A stretch of DNA of 64,000 bases from Phoronis australis (lineage: Eukaryota; Animalia; Phoronida). Positions 25,097-37,947 of the stretch are shown here, piece after piece. Each line of letters opens with the position of its first letter. Within the stretch, counting starts at the first letter, position 1. The position numbers were made by a program, and so were the translations under genes. Below the pieces are notes generated by a model that did no database searches, was not told the DNA's origin, and was given only the letters and a program-made list of their open reading frames with translations. The stretch lies in the NCBI GenBank assembly GCA_002633005.1, contig NMRA01000379.1:186001-250000 (forward strand). Direction: 5' to 3'.

Positions 25097-28000
25097 TAAG
25101 AAGATTATATCCAACAAAACAAGACACACCAATTGCCCAATCTCATCCCAGGAACTTACTAGAAAGTAGACTTTACAAGACTGCTGAAGAAAACTTCTCA
25201 TACACCTACACTACTTATTGAGTTGACAAATTGTGACATCTTAAATCAAACACTCCTGAATGTGGATCTATTGGTACTTCTTAATTTCCACCTTTGAGGT
25301 GACAACATTTCAGCTACTGCCTCAATGCATTGAACATCAGCTTCCCTAGTGCAAGTAGACTTTAATGATTTCACTATGGGTTGATATCCAACATCACAAA
25401 ACCTGGCTCAATGTACAAGCCATGTCATACTCTCAACTTCTGGACTACTGATATGGCCCACCAGGCCATCGTCACCAACAGTACATTCTCTACCTGCAGC
25501 TCCTTGTCAGCAGTGACTATCACGCTCCAACTTTGAGCAAAAGTTAGAAAAAATCTAGTGGCTATCACCTGAGTACAAATTGAACACCAGTACATGTGAT
25601 CCAACACACAGGAGATTCCCTAGACATGTGAACAAACAGTGGTCCCCGGGGAGCAGGCTAACCAAACCCATGCCAGTGCATTGTGCAGAGAAGATGGAAT
25701 GTAGCAAATTGAATTAGACAGGCAACCACATGGTAATCAACTACACACTAAGTCAACACATACAGTCATAGGTTTTGGTGTTGGTTGGTCTTATCAAGGG
25801 CAACCAAATGGAGCACAGAAGTCTGCCTGCTCATGGACCAGGCTCATTGTAGGAACATGGGTATGCTCTCTAACACGAATTGCATAACTTTAACTAATTC
25901 CCAGAATTTATTATTCAGAAAGAATCTCATTGAGCAAGTGTCACACATCCCTCAGTGAAAGATGTGCGACTTTATGCAGGTTGTCTCTATACACACCACT
26001 ACATAATTCACTTCGTCAGGGCCACATGCTGAAACAGCATTCAGCTAGCAACCAAGCCAATACCCTAATCCATGCCCACCAAGCCAACACCCTAACCCAT
26101 GCCCACCAAGCGAACAACAGCCCCCACCCATACCCCTTCCCCACCAAGCCAACAGAAGCCCCCATCCCGGCCCCCACCCCTTGTCCACCAAGCCAACATC
26201 ATGGTGTTATATGCGTCATTGCCTGCTTGACGATGTGGGACAGGTCAGTGCATTACAGAGTGAACTAACTACTGGTCAACAAACAATCAAAGACCAGGCA
26301 AGTTAGACAACCCATGATATAGACTTAGATCACAATATAGCCAGTAGCACTACATAATAAATGTGAGTAGAATGGTGCTGTTAAGTGTGTAGATATATTC
26401 ATTTTTATGAATGGACTGCCAGTTAGGAGTGCAGTAAGTGTTATGATCAAGTAGTGAGAGTGTTAAGACTACAAGCTTTCAATAGACCATTGCACCAGTT
26501 ACTGGGCATACTATGGACAAATGTGAGACCCAGCTTTCCAGCTCAAAAGGCTGGGATATAAAGGGTATTCAGGCGTGAACGGTAATTCAGTAAATTGTAC
26601 TTGAATAGACTGGCAGGATAACCCAACCTACAACACCTAATCTGAACATTTTCATAGCAACAACTAATTATTAAAACTCAATTTGAGAATAAAATTGGTT
26701 CAAAGCAGTTTAGTTACAAGGTAAACATGGCAAGTATCATTTGGATTGTGGAGAAAGTTTGAATAGCTAGACACAATATGGAACATGTTCAGAATTCTTT
26801 AGTGACCCCTCTGGATGTTAACATGTCAAGTGATTGATCAAATGATTGATCAAATGATTGATCGATGTAAACGGTAAAAAGCAAATTTAGAAATTACAAA
26901 TCTTTACCATGTAAGTTTAATTTCGATTATGGTTGTAGCCAATTTTTAATTGAATTTTCAATTCCATATGTAGTCAACCTCACAATTGGAACCCAGGTGA
27001 AACTCACTATCATGTGACAGGAAGACGGACAAAAACTCGTTGTAACAAACCAGTAATGAGGCCTACACAACTCATACTATGAAATCAACGTCATGACGAC
27101 AACCAAACTAGGACAGATTCTCTTCTATGTTGCTTAAAACTACTTTTTAAACTTTGCAATGTAAACAAGAAGTGAAGAATATTGACAACGGTCTCTTGAT
27201 TAACTGTTACAGGGACACTTCCCTCAAACTCACAGCCAAAAAACCAACTCATAACTCTTGGACATTTCCCTAAAACTCACAGCCCAAAACCCAATCTTGG
27301 TTATTCAGCCACACAAGATGCTGATTTTGAAATAGCATGACAAAAATTCCCTTAAATCCAATAGTTTTCTTTCAGGTGGGAAGGTCATGTGAACCCCTTT
27401 GTATTGGATACTGTCCATATTTTTCCTTGGCTGTCAATTGCCTTTTCCAAGCTCCAGAAGTTCTTGCTTGCTTGCTAGTAAAAAACACAGCACATAACTA
27501 GAACAACCTTGAAACCATGTTGATGAACTGGTGACCTGTCATAGAACTAGCTTACAGGATCTTGTTTCATGAAATGGGAACAGCCAATGAAATCTGAAGT
27601 AGTCATTTGGGAAACTGACCAGTGATGGAGCCCATATACAACTGCATTGTTTGTGATAGAAATGCTTCTATCCCTAACAAAGTATTACTGGCAAGGAAAA
27701 AATCAAAACTACCGAAAACCACTACTTCAAATACCACACCGCCATTATCGCCATATCTGATTTTGCCTCAATTACCCACAATACTGTGCATCAGTAGGGC
27801 ACTTCACTTGTCTCAAACATGTATACTGCTGCCACATTATAAACTATTTTATGAATATCATTTCACTATTTGTCATTCACATTTGGAAATAAAGTTCTTT
27901 TGTTGCATATCAAGTTGGGATGCTGAGAGCTAAAAATCTAAGCGGGGTGCCATACTTGATATTCACTTCTCCATTTCACCTTTAAAATGTGTTAGAGGCT

Positions 28001-29656
28001 AGGCCGGTCATACAAGAGCGTATTTCTAACTCTGTTAAAGAACTTAGCTGAATTCAGGATGTGGGAATTAGAACAGAGTTGAGTACCCATTCCCAGATTG
28101 AGTTAATTCAAGCCAATTGCTGATGAATTCCAGTTTCCTTTGGAGAATAGAAACCAAGTGATTTCATAGCACAGAACTTTTTAGGCCAAACTGCCAAACA
28201 TTCCAAAATGTCAAAAAACGGTGACAGGTATAAAAATTGACTTCTGTACAGTTATATTTCACTGAGTTTAGCTAGCTGAACATGAAAACCAAATTAGGTT
28301 ATAATCTCACAAACTAGTTTCATAGTACTATTACCAACAAGAACATCGAAACCACCAGTGAATCAAGAAGTCGCTTTAGAGTTTAGGGTTGGCCACCATT
28401 AAGATTGCAAAATTGAAAATGACGCATGTACACATTGCCTGTGACCTAAGCTACCAGCTTATTCGGCAATAATTCAAGATCAGATGAATGCGGTAATTTT
28501 TTATGCCCCAAAAGTAAACATTGACAGCTAAACAGTGACAACTAGTTCAAAAACAAATGTAAAAGGAAGTAGGAAACATCAAGCCCTAATCACACTCATC
28601 ACAAAGTCAATTTGACTTCCTCGACCAGTTCTTATTCTTCACAATAGAATGACACAAGGAAAAACTTCCACTAAATAAAATTCATCAGCACTACTTCATA
28701 CAGTTTCAAAAATGACATCATTTTCGTCCAAAAAAGGAATTGGGACATGTTAAGTATTAATTTAGCACGTTTATTATGTCAACAGTACATTTTTAAAACT
28801 TTTTGTTCAAAATGGCAAAGTGGGCTAGGAAGCAAATTTCCTTCCATGACAAAACAAAGATTTGTTTTGAATTTCAAACATGAAAAAATTCCAGATTCTC
28901 AATTGTATGACGGGAGACACTGTTGAGCTTCAGACTCCTTTTAGACGGGACTGGCTATTCACGCACATGTCTCGGTAATAGTCGGATAGGTGGTACATTG
29001 ATTAAAATTGATTTGAAAACCAGTTACTACCACTGAATAAAAGTTCTCAAATGAGGGACCTGTCAATTATTACCCATGTCTCTTACTCCTCTGGGCTCAG
29101 TGAGTCAGTCTTGGAAAGAAGCAAGGGACTGAATGAGAATCTGGATGTAACGCAAAGGATGTGTGCCAATACTTTTGAAAAAATATCACAAACCTAAGCT
29201 GACAGAGTAAAAAAATTTTCTATGCCTCCAGTTTCAAATACTGAGATACACACTTGAATTAGTACTAAATTACCAGTAAATTATAGGCCCATGAACCACA
29301 TCCTTAGTTGAAAGAACATCTCAAAATTTTAAACATGTACCACACCAAAATATTCATATTTTCCAAATAACAAAGCCACAGCTTAACTTAGTATCAAATC
29401 TCAAAAAATCACAACACTGCAATATGAGTGGCATATTGTATCTCAACAAAATGGCAATGGAAATTGAACCTCCAACTCTTTGACTTGTCAAGTAGAAATT
29501 CAGTCAGGGAGTGGTATGCTTTTTAGAAAAGCCAGGTACCTCCATACAACAACAAGTTAACAACTGTGGCAGACATCATAACATCTTTGTTATCAGAAAT
29601 GCCACAAGAATGGAAATGCCTGCCTTGTGAATAAGTGAAAGTTGAAACCTCCAGAC

Positions 29657-29931
29657 CACAGGCGTCCTCAGCTTCTGATCGTCCCCAATACACTACATAT
29701 AATACTACAAGGTATGACACTCCCGACTAGAAATTCCACGGGTGCTTCACTTCAGCCGTCCATAGCAAACATAAAACTCAATAAATTTACACAAAACAGG
29801 GGTTCAACAAACCATGAAGAATTGTTCTTTCTCCCAATACCATTCACAGTGTCCTGTTACGGCGACTTCGTAAGAAATTCGCAGNTTATATGTAGTGTAT
29901 TGGGGACGATCAGAAGCTGAGGACGCCTGTG
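29657..29931. mobile_element. Young TIR transposon (P-element- or hAT-like), 8-bp TSD, interior broken at an assembly N
   Basis: Perfect 46-bp inverted repeats at 29657-29702 and 29886-29931; TSD CTCCAGAC at 29649-29656 and 29932-29939. Confidence 0.85.
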
Positions 29932-30314
29932 CTCCAGACTAGGTCTCACCTCCTCGCGTTCCCAAACCGGCAGGATTTTGAAGAAATCAAAAAATTAAAA
30001 GATTAGGTAAGAAAATAACAAGTAACATTTTTGCAGTTTAAGATTTAACGGGTTTGACAGTCTGGCCACTTTGGTAGTACTGCAGTGGTAAATCGAGAAA
30101 ACCAGACCTGTTGTGATTCACTATTTCAGTACAGACCGCAGCCACACACAGTCGCAGGATCAAAACTCCGCAAACTTTTCGCCCAGAGCTCGGTTTCAGT
30201 CGGCTAAGGGCGAAAGTTCGATTCGATGTTGCCAATAAGAGAAACTCCAATGTTTATCAGACAAATATTGTACGTGTGATCCCACGCGAAAGTAAGAAAA
30301 ATCTTTAGACTTAC

Positions 30315-30342
30315 CACAGGACCCTTCCTTAACGTCCGCCAT
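30315..30342 (-). CDS. First coding exon of an unidentified divergent gene (MADVKEGSC..., phase 1 donor)
   Basis: Minus strand reads CAAG-ATG-GCG-GAC (YY1/Kozak-type start) ...TGTG|GTAAGT with a perfect donor, inside a CpG-rich island. The + strand A/C skew to its left fits - strand transcription. Confidence 0.65.
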
Positions 30343-31789
30343 CTTGAAACAATTTCCTGTTGGTAGCTGGAGTCAGCAGTAGATTTCAAAAACACGGTCG
30401 AATTTACTAGAGTTGCTTCTGCGATGTCATAGATTAATATGGTTGATGTGTCGTGATATCCGAGATGCATTGCCGCCTTAATGAATCTACAATGTATTTG
30501 TCAAAGTATGCCACAGTGCTTGACTTTGACAGAAAATAATATTTTCTGGTCTTCCTCTAAAACTTTAGAAATCGTGGCCAAAAACCCGGCAGCGGTATAA
30601 ACCTTCTTCCAGGGCTAGTATGTACCTAATAGCACGAATCGTCAAAGGTAGCCCTTTTTCGTACTGTTGGAGTTTTGGTTTTCAGCAATGCAATGCTTCT
30701 AATGCTGCAGAAAGTGCGCTACCCTCAATAATTTGCAGGCGATCCGCATAAGAAGCTAGAGACGGGGACAGTGGGCAGTCGAGAAAAGAAAAAAAAAACG
30801 AAACACGAGAGAAAAAATTTAAGTCAACATTAAGTTTGCCAACTACCAGTTCTGTTTTTTCCTTTGGACGTCCCATGTCCAGGATATTTTTGTTAGGGGT
30901 GGGGGGGGGGTAGTTTTTGTAGTGTAGGTTGTCTAAATGCCTTTAAAAACTAGCTTAATCAAGATAGGAAAAGTCTTAGAAACCTTGTTGGGAGGCACAG
31001 ATTTTCAAGACGAAACTAATTCAGATTTTTAAATTCAAGAAAACTATATTTCTGCAGAAAATCATCTATTGTTCTATTTCTTTTGTTGTTTTTTGAAATT
31101 ATAAATCACCGGAAATGACAAATTGCCGGGAGCTTGGCTGATAGAGGCATCAATTACTGTTCTTAGAAGTATGCAAATTATGCATCCTGTCATGTTTAAG
31201 GACCCCGATATTCTGGATAAAAATGTTGAAACTCTTTTACCATGAAAAGATGTCCTAGAATAGTATTTCTTTGGAAGATAGTTTTTATGAAGCATCGTTA
31301 TTAGGTAAGCTTTTGTTAATAGGAAAACGTCGTTAACAGGAAAGCATCGTTATTAATTAAGATGGAGTTGTTGCTAAGAGACGCGCACATATCGATCATA
31401 CTGTCAGGCTGCGATTTCTGATGACCGTGTTCCGTTTACGTGGTTAATGGATTAAAGTGCTCTAAGCATATGTACTGGCAATGGCAAACAAAAGTCTGCA
31501 GTTTTAAGAGTACAAGTTTAACTTAATAGGTTACAAGTGAAATGAATCTGAATTCACGTTAACAGGAATGGATTTTGAAACTTCTTTGGGACTGACAAGA
31601 CCCTCAAGCTCCGTGGGATCATTGACTCGTCTCCCAAGATATCCCGGTTGCCCGTCAAGTGTCAGAGCGCTTTTATTCGGGAATAGTATAGCCTACAAAT
31701 GCCATGTAGTGAAATGTGGATTTAAAAAAAAGTCTGGAAACCTCCGTTAGATTTTTTATATTACTTGTGTTGCCTATAATAGTTTTTAG

Positions 31790-31998
31790 AGGAGGCAGTG
31801 TGGCCTAGTGTGATGGTGCCCGCCTTCTTTACTCGAGGTCGTGGGTTCGAGTCCCCGCACTGGGCCACACTGCTAGACCCTTGAGTCAGTTCTCTAGCTC
31901 CTCAGCTCGGTTTTAACAATACAGCACAAAAATATTTCCATGTGATCAGTACAATGGGCCCACATGTGCGGCCTGCGCACGTCTGGCATTTATTTTTT
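31790..31998 (+). mobile_element. tRNA-derived SINE; degenerate second copy at about 47190-47390
   Basis: A box TGGCCTAGTG and B box GGTTCGAGTCC; non-tRNA body GCTAGACCCTTGAGTCAGTTCTCTAGCTCCTC shared with 47252-47285; T-rich tail. Confidence 0.75.
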
Positions 31999-33259
31999 AC
32001 ATTTATCAAAGTTTTTGTCCAACCTGAAATAACCTGTAAAGAATTAATTGCCATGGTGTTTCAGTGATGACATTCGGTCAGTTCTATATCATTTGGCTCC
32101 CCCGGAGACAGGCACCAGAAACTCGTGTACCCGTGTTTCAACTAGTGGGAATTTTCTATTAGCATCATAGGACACTAAGACTGTGAATCTTGACCTGACC
32201 CCACATTCTCACTTCGGAACCATAACTGAAAATTCCAAGACGATGTTTAGCCTACTCGATCCCGAGGTGACTCTGTTTGCCCCAGCATTTCTCCAGATTT
32301 TGAAGCTCGCAGTAGGAGCTCCTTGCGTTGCTTTGGTACCCCTTAGAGATCGAGGGTTTTGTCAATGAATCTTTTTAGCACCTTAAGATCAAAATCTTTC
32401 CCTGAACGCCCATACCCGTAAGGTGTTCTGGTCTAAAAATGACCTTTTCTCGTGAAGTTTTGTTTGAAAAATATACTCAAGTTTCTGCTGGCTTCTTCCC
32501 CGCGGTTTGACCCTCAACTGAAAAGCAAAGTCAGCATGCTTATAGCGGGGGGGGGGGGGGGGGANGGGTCTAAGTGGTGTCCATGGGGGTATCCTGAAAT
32601 TTGGGACGAGGGAAGGGCAAAAGTATGGCAAAGTCATGAGCTAGAAGATGAATGTCGCTTTTCAGCATGGCGTTTGTTGACAATCTTAAGCAAAAGCTTA
32701 TTCTACAGTTGAAAAGGTGTATATATTCGGACACTCGTGAGGTCGACCAATATTTGCAACTGACCATTCCATGGGTTCATTCATGTGACTCTTTTTTACT
32801 GCCATTTTAAAAATCTGTAGCACTCGAGTAAACATTTTTTTGTTACAAAAATCCTGAAAATGCTTCTAAATTTTTCCACAAATTAAAAAGACTGACTTGA
32901 GCAGGACTTGCTCAGAGTATTATAAATCTTGTGTAAATACCTTTGTGATGGGCCAGTATCTATGTGTGTAATATACTGTTTAAAAAAATCTTTCTGGTTA
33001 ACTGAAGGGCCTAGTAAATTCGGGAAAAGGCATATCCTCACAAGCACGCCCATGGCCCTAATAGGAACAAATACAGATATACCACTCGAGTCGTCATCAA
33101 GGGAAAAATCAGTCTTTTTGAAAAGGAAAAGAAAAAGTTGCGTTTCAAGGGAAAACCTAAAGGTCCATACGGTGGCTGTAAAACGACAACAGTCCTGCAT
33201 GTACACTCATTGATCCCCAATGATACATGTCAACCAACAGGGGAATTACGTATTTGCTA

Positions 33260-34500
33260 CGTATTTTTGCAGTTCCTGTAGTGCTAAGTCGGGTAGCATC
33301 AAAATGCTACTTATGTACTTTTCCATCAAGGTGGAAACATGGATTGATGACACCTGTGCATAAAAAAGATTCGACAACTAAATTCCAATTATCGCCCTCA
33401 TTATTCTACTCTATTCCCTTTCAAAGCTTCTTGAAAAATTATATTTTCCCGTATATATGACCACTTGATAACTCACAATTTATTATATTCTGCTCAATTC
33501 AGGTTTTTGCCACGCAAAAGCACCACATCTCAATTGATTGAAATTAATCACGGTCTCCACTCAGAATTTCTGAAGGGGAATAATGTTCATTGTGTTTTTC
33601 TAGATCTAGCTTCTGCCTTTGATATGGTGCCACATGATCTTTTGTTATTAAAACTTCGTAAGTATTTAATAAGTGGAGCAGTGTATAGTTTGCTTCAGTT
33701 GTATCTTTTAAATAGAACCTATAGAATTTGTGTGGATCGAGTTGTTTCTGATGAATCACCAGTTGGGTACGTCAAAGCTGGTGTAACACAAGGCAATGTC
33801 TTGGGGCCGTTGTGCTACAAGGCAGTGTCTTGGGGTCATTGTACCGCAAAACTGTGTCTTGGGGCCGTTGTACCAAAAGGCAGTGTCTTGGGGTCATTGC
33901 TTTTCTATTATTTTTTCATTATCTATCTGATGGACGTTTTTATATGCTGATGGCGCATCTATTTTTAATTTTTCAAAAGACAAACCCGAAGATGTAAATC
34001 TTTTAAAAAGGGACCTTGATTACTGTTTGCTTGGGCAACAAAATGGCATATGGAGTTCAAAGCGTCGTTTTCGCAAAAATCTCTACACAAAATCTACTAT
34101 TATTATTCAAAGTGTCTGTTAAGCATTTGGGTCGTCTGCTTGATCCTAAACTCTCTATGAATCATTATTGTGTTCATCAAATTAAAAAGTCAACAACTTC
34201 TCAACCTATTCAGAAATCTTTCGAAATATCTTTCCAGATACCACTTAGAGTTGATTTATAACTCATTCAATAGCCCTTGTTTTAACTGTGCAGATATTAT
34301 TTATAATAACGCTAATTTGACCACACTTTGTAAGCTCGATAATATTCAGTTCCTAGCTGCTCTTTCTGTGGCGGGAGCAGTCAAGGGTTCTGTCACGATT
34401 AAAGTCTTTGGTTTTCTTGACTGGGCTTCTCTCCCCCATCTACGGAAACACCACTTGATAATCTATTTATAAAAAGTTATCCACGAAATTAATAATACAT
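33260..34500 (+). mobile_element. Decayed non-LTR retrotransposon reverse transcriptase (CR1/L2-type)
   Basis: Frameshifted RT motifs FPSRWK...PVHKKD, QFRFLPRKST, VFLDLASAFDMVPHDLLLLKL, GVTQGNVLGPL, KHLGRLLDPKLS; the YADD-equivalent codons (TATGCTGATGGC near 33943) are degenerate. Confidence 0.9.
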
Positions 34501-34947
34501 CGAAATTTAGCTATTATCAATCTGTATAAACGAGATACATCTTCTATTAATATACATCTCAGAACTATTAGTGATCAGTATAGTTCAACACAGCGTTGGC
34601 ATAGGACACACGGTGTGTTCTCTGCACTTGCGGGGGGTTCCATTCAACATCATTTTGTACATCAACATGGCCGAAAAATAACCAGGCAAGAAATAGCAGA
34701 CAATACCATCACTCGCTATGTTGAAAATGACACATTTCGGCTAAAGACTTTGAAATCTTTATCGATCAGTCACGAAAATCCAGTGTGTTGAATGAGAAGT
34801 AGCTCACAGGTGTGTACCGCACGCTGGCACTCTTTCGCTGGGGTTGTGTGCTTCCCATCGTGTGTTGCATTCACTATCTGCTTGTTTGCCCCTCTTCCCG
34901 CTGTCACGTGTATTTCACTGTTTATTTCGCTACTTATATGTTCATTC

Positions 34948-34995
34948 CACTTATTGCCTGATGATGAGACGTGCAGTCTCGAAATATAGCTAGTG
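34948..34995 (+). ncRNA. Candidate minimal type I hammerhead ribozyme (Penelope-like element type)
   Basis: CTGATGA (34958-64), bulged T, stem II GAGAC/GTCTC, GAAA (34981-84), palindromic ATAT stem III, AUA cleavage triplet, imperfect stem I. Confidence 0.55.
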
Positions 34996-35959
34996 TTTTA
35001 ATTTGTTTGTTTGTTATGTCTCTCGGTGTTTTGCTACAAAACTGCACACCTGAAGAAAGGAAATTGTTTCGACACTACGAGCGACTTTGTATCAAGTTTT
35101 CAAACAAAAATTGTAGTCGTGTTTTCAACGAATTTTGAACTACTAGTAAATATATAACGGTTTGCTTTTATGGAATAGTTTACACTGAAACTTAATGGCC
35201 CAATCAATGTCAAGCTTAATAAATTGAGTTGAATCATTTCTCTTCCTACTACTAAATTATGTTTATTAGTGAAAAAGAAATGCTTATGAACCAATTGCCA
35301 CCTATGTTTGTACCTCAATTCACAGAAGTTCTACCATTACTTTGCCAATTTTTCGAATAAATGTACCTGTGGTGCCCACTGCTTGCTCTCATCCCCGTCT
35401 ATAACGGCTGAGCGTGAACAGCTCTTCCGAAACAGTGCATCCCAACGATCATATCTAATTTTCTATTATGTGGTTGTCACGTTTTAAATCACGACTATAG
35501 TGCTCTATAACTTAGAAATCTCACTATATATTTAATACCTATACTGACGTTTTTTGTTTTAGTTTATGTTTTTGTATGTTATTCTCTTGTTAAAGTGTTC
35601 TCCTCTATTACCGTTTGATTTTGGTCTTGTCTTTTCCTTTATTTTCTTTATATTTACTCAATATTTTGTTTTGCTTAATAAAGTCATTGTTTTATAGTTA
35701 AAAGTATGGATATAACGGTTCGCTTTCTGGGCTAAAGATTTGTATTTGATGTATTGCCAATTTTTGGGTGTGCAATAAAAACATATTTTGTCTCGGTTTC
35801 GTCGGTGCTATGGTTTGATATGTTTTTTTTACAAAAATTGCTATGCTTAAATTAACTTGCTTGAAATGTATGGATCTCTGGTTTTTAAGTGACTAACTCA
35901 ACCCACAGCTTTGTAGAATAAACACTAGATGTCGCTTTTTAAAAACATTGTCGAAAATA

Positions 35960-36073
35960 TTTTTCCAGCTAAACGCAGTTACTGAAGACTTCCGGAATAA
36001 CTTGTGACAATGTTTTGGTTTCGGACGATTCATTTGCATTGAAGACTGCGAGTAGTTTGAGCACCAATAAGCT
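35960..36073 (+). promoter_or_regulatory. Putative TM7SF3 proximal promoter / 5'UTR
   Basis: CpG-containing stretch with ETS-like ACTTCCGGAA near 35990, about 80 nt upstream of the ATG. Confidence 0.5.
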
Positions 36074-36137
36074 ATGGGCTTGTTGGAAACTTTCTTACTT
36101 TTGGTATCTTTTTATTACATCGAATGTTCGATGAATG
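36074..36137 (+). CDS. TM7SF3: TM7SF3 coding exon 1 (signal peptide MGLLETFLLLVSFYYIECSMN)
   Basis: ATG at 36074, hydrophobic signal-like peptide, donor G|GTAAGG in phase 1 that joins in frame to exon 2; ETS-like CTTCCGG just upstream. Confidence 0.85.
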
Positions 36138-36178
36138 GTAAGGCTTGTATGGGGCCTATAAGTAGACTTTGTCAATGT

Positions 36179-37947
36179 CATAGCTAGTCGGCCAATACAA
36201 TAGGGCAATGACCATCGCCTCTCATTGGCCCGACTAGAGGCGATGCAGCTCCTATAGGCGCTCAATACGCCGGAAGCTTTGTTATAAATACCTTTTGCGC
36301 ATAGAGGGACACCTTAGGAGGTTGTCGGTGTGTTTAATTCCTTCCAACTCGAACAAATACTTCCGTTATCGAACTTTTTGTTCGAGCAGTCTCTCGTTCA
36401 GTTTCCAAAATCGTGAACTCATCATTTTTATACTGCGCACGCTCCAATTTTTACCGCGCTCGCTAGGTGATGTGACTTCATGACCTCAATCTTTAAGTAG
36501 GCCAAAGGTGAGCCACTGCGGTCTTGTCAGTCAAATGTTCGTTTCCAAAATGCCAGTGCAAGTGACCTAATTATCGGACGTTTTGGCACATTTTGCATTA
36601 TATTTAATTGAAAATATTACGGATTGTTGTAAATTCTTTGCTGAAATAAAGACTTACCTTCACGGAATTGTTGTGGTACAATATCTTGTCCATGAAAGCC
36701 ACATTTATGTTCCGACTGATCTTTAAAAAACACAACAAGCAAACCTTCGGAGAACCTAAATATCTGACACCATGTTTACCCATACGCCACACCGTGGAAA
36801 ACTGACTAACCACGTAATGGCCGCGGGCACCTTGTAGCCAAATTTCAGCTCGAGTGTTTTGACATATATGCTGCTAGAACACAGGTCCATTCGCAACAAA
36901 ATTATCCATAAAATGAAATCTGATGACGGGGCCAAGTCGTTTCGATGAATTAGTGCAGACGACTAAAGCACGTGCAAACTCACTGCAGTTTTTAGTATCA
37001 CTTTGGCTTCTTGAGGACACCAGCACGCGCGCGGTCGGGGTTTGACTTGAGTTTAAATACAAATGAAAAAATGGAACAGTGACATATTGTCAGTTCAATG
37101 AGATGGTTTCATTGAGGAAAAAGATTTTATTTTCAACTTTTTTAACCGATTAATGCGATCGTCCATTTTAGGCCGACTTGGCCGGGGGTCTAAATTGCAC
37201 CCTCTCTCGGTGAAATCAAAACGAGGCAACGCTGTAAAACACGAGACGGTGCCGGACATTGAATGCATTACAACGGAACAAAAATTGGTGTCATTTAATT
37301 CTCAGATTATGCTTCAAGTAAGATTCTATGAAATGTCCGAAAGTTAGGTTCCGTCCGATAATTAGGTACACTATGTGTACTTGTCTTTAATTGGCGTTAC
37401 TTGAAACTGATTGTATTTCAATGAATTATCGTTTGTATTTGATAAAAATAAATGCTGTTGATATGACATTTAATAGTCTTTGTGCACATATTTGACATTT
37501 TAATGTTTAACAACTCGGCAAATGCACAGCTGGTTCCAGGCAGCACGTACGCCGAGGGCGGGACTTAAGCTTTCAAAGTTCGCCGGTAGGACCGCAACTT
37601 CTGACCTTCGGCCTGGTTAAAAAAATGAGGTCATATCTCTTGGCGTGCGCCGAGTGAAAATGGTGAGTTCACAATTTTGGGAACTGAAATAGGGTTTGCT
37701 CGAAGAAAAAGTTTGATAACGGAAGTATTTGTTTGAGTTGGAAGGAATTAAACACATCGACAACCTCCTAAGGTGTTCCTCTATGCGCAAAAGGTATTTT
37801 TAACAACGTGACTTTGATGTTTTAGTCTGTGCGAGGCATAATTCGCCGAAAAGCTTCCGGCGCATGGAGCGCCTATAGGAGCTGCATCGCCTCTGGTCGG
37901 GCCAACAGAGGCGATGGTCATTGCCTAGCCAGCCAGCTAGCGGTATG
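36179..37947. repeat. Long imperfect inverted repeat pair (about 36179-36515 vs 37600-37947) enclosing a MITE at about 36560-37372; more fragments at 38676-38752, 39375-39578 and 40510-40585
   Basis: Reverse-complement match visible over more than 300 bp; inner TIR ACCTAATTATCGGACG / CGTCCGATAATTAGGT; 37130-37368 is also inverted against 38881-39112. Confidence 0.8.

Noticed and set aside
30315-30342. MED21 as the divergent partner of TM7SF3
   Set aside because: The peptide MADVKEGSC does not match the conserved MED21 N-terminus, and no MED21-like exons were seen downstream.
31794-31870. Possible tRNA gene
   Set aside because: A and B boxes are present but I could not fold a proper cloverleaf, and it continues into a body shared with 47190-47390, so it is a SINE head.
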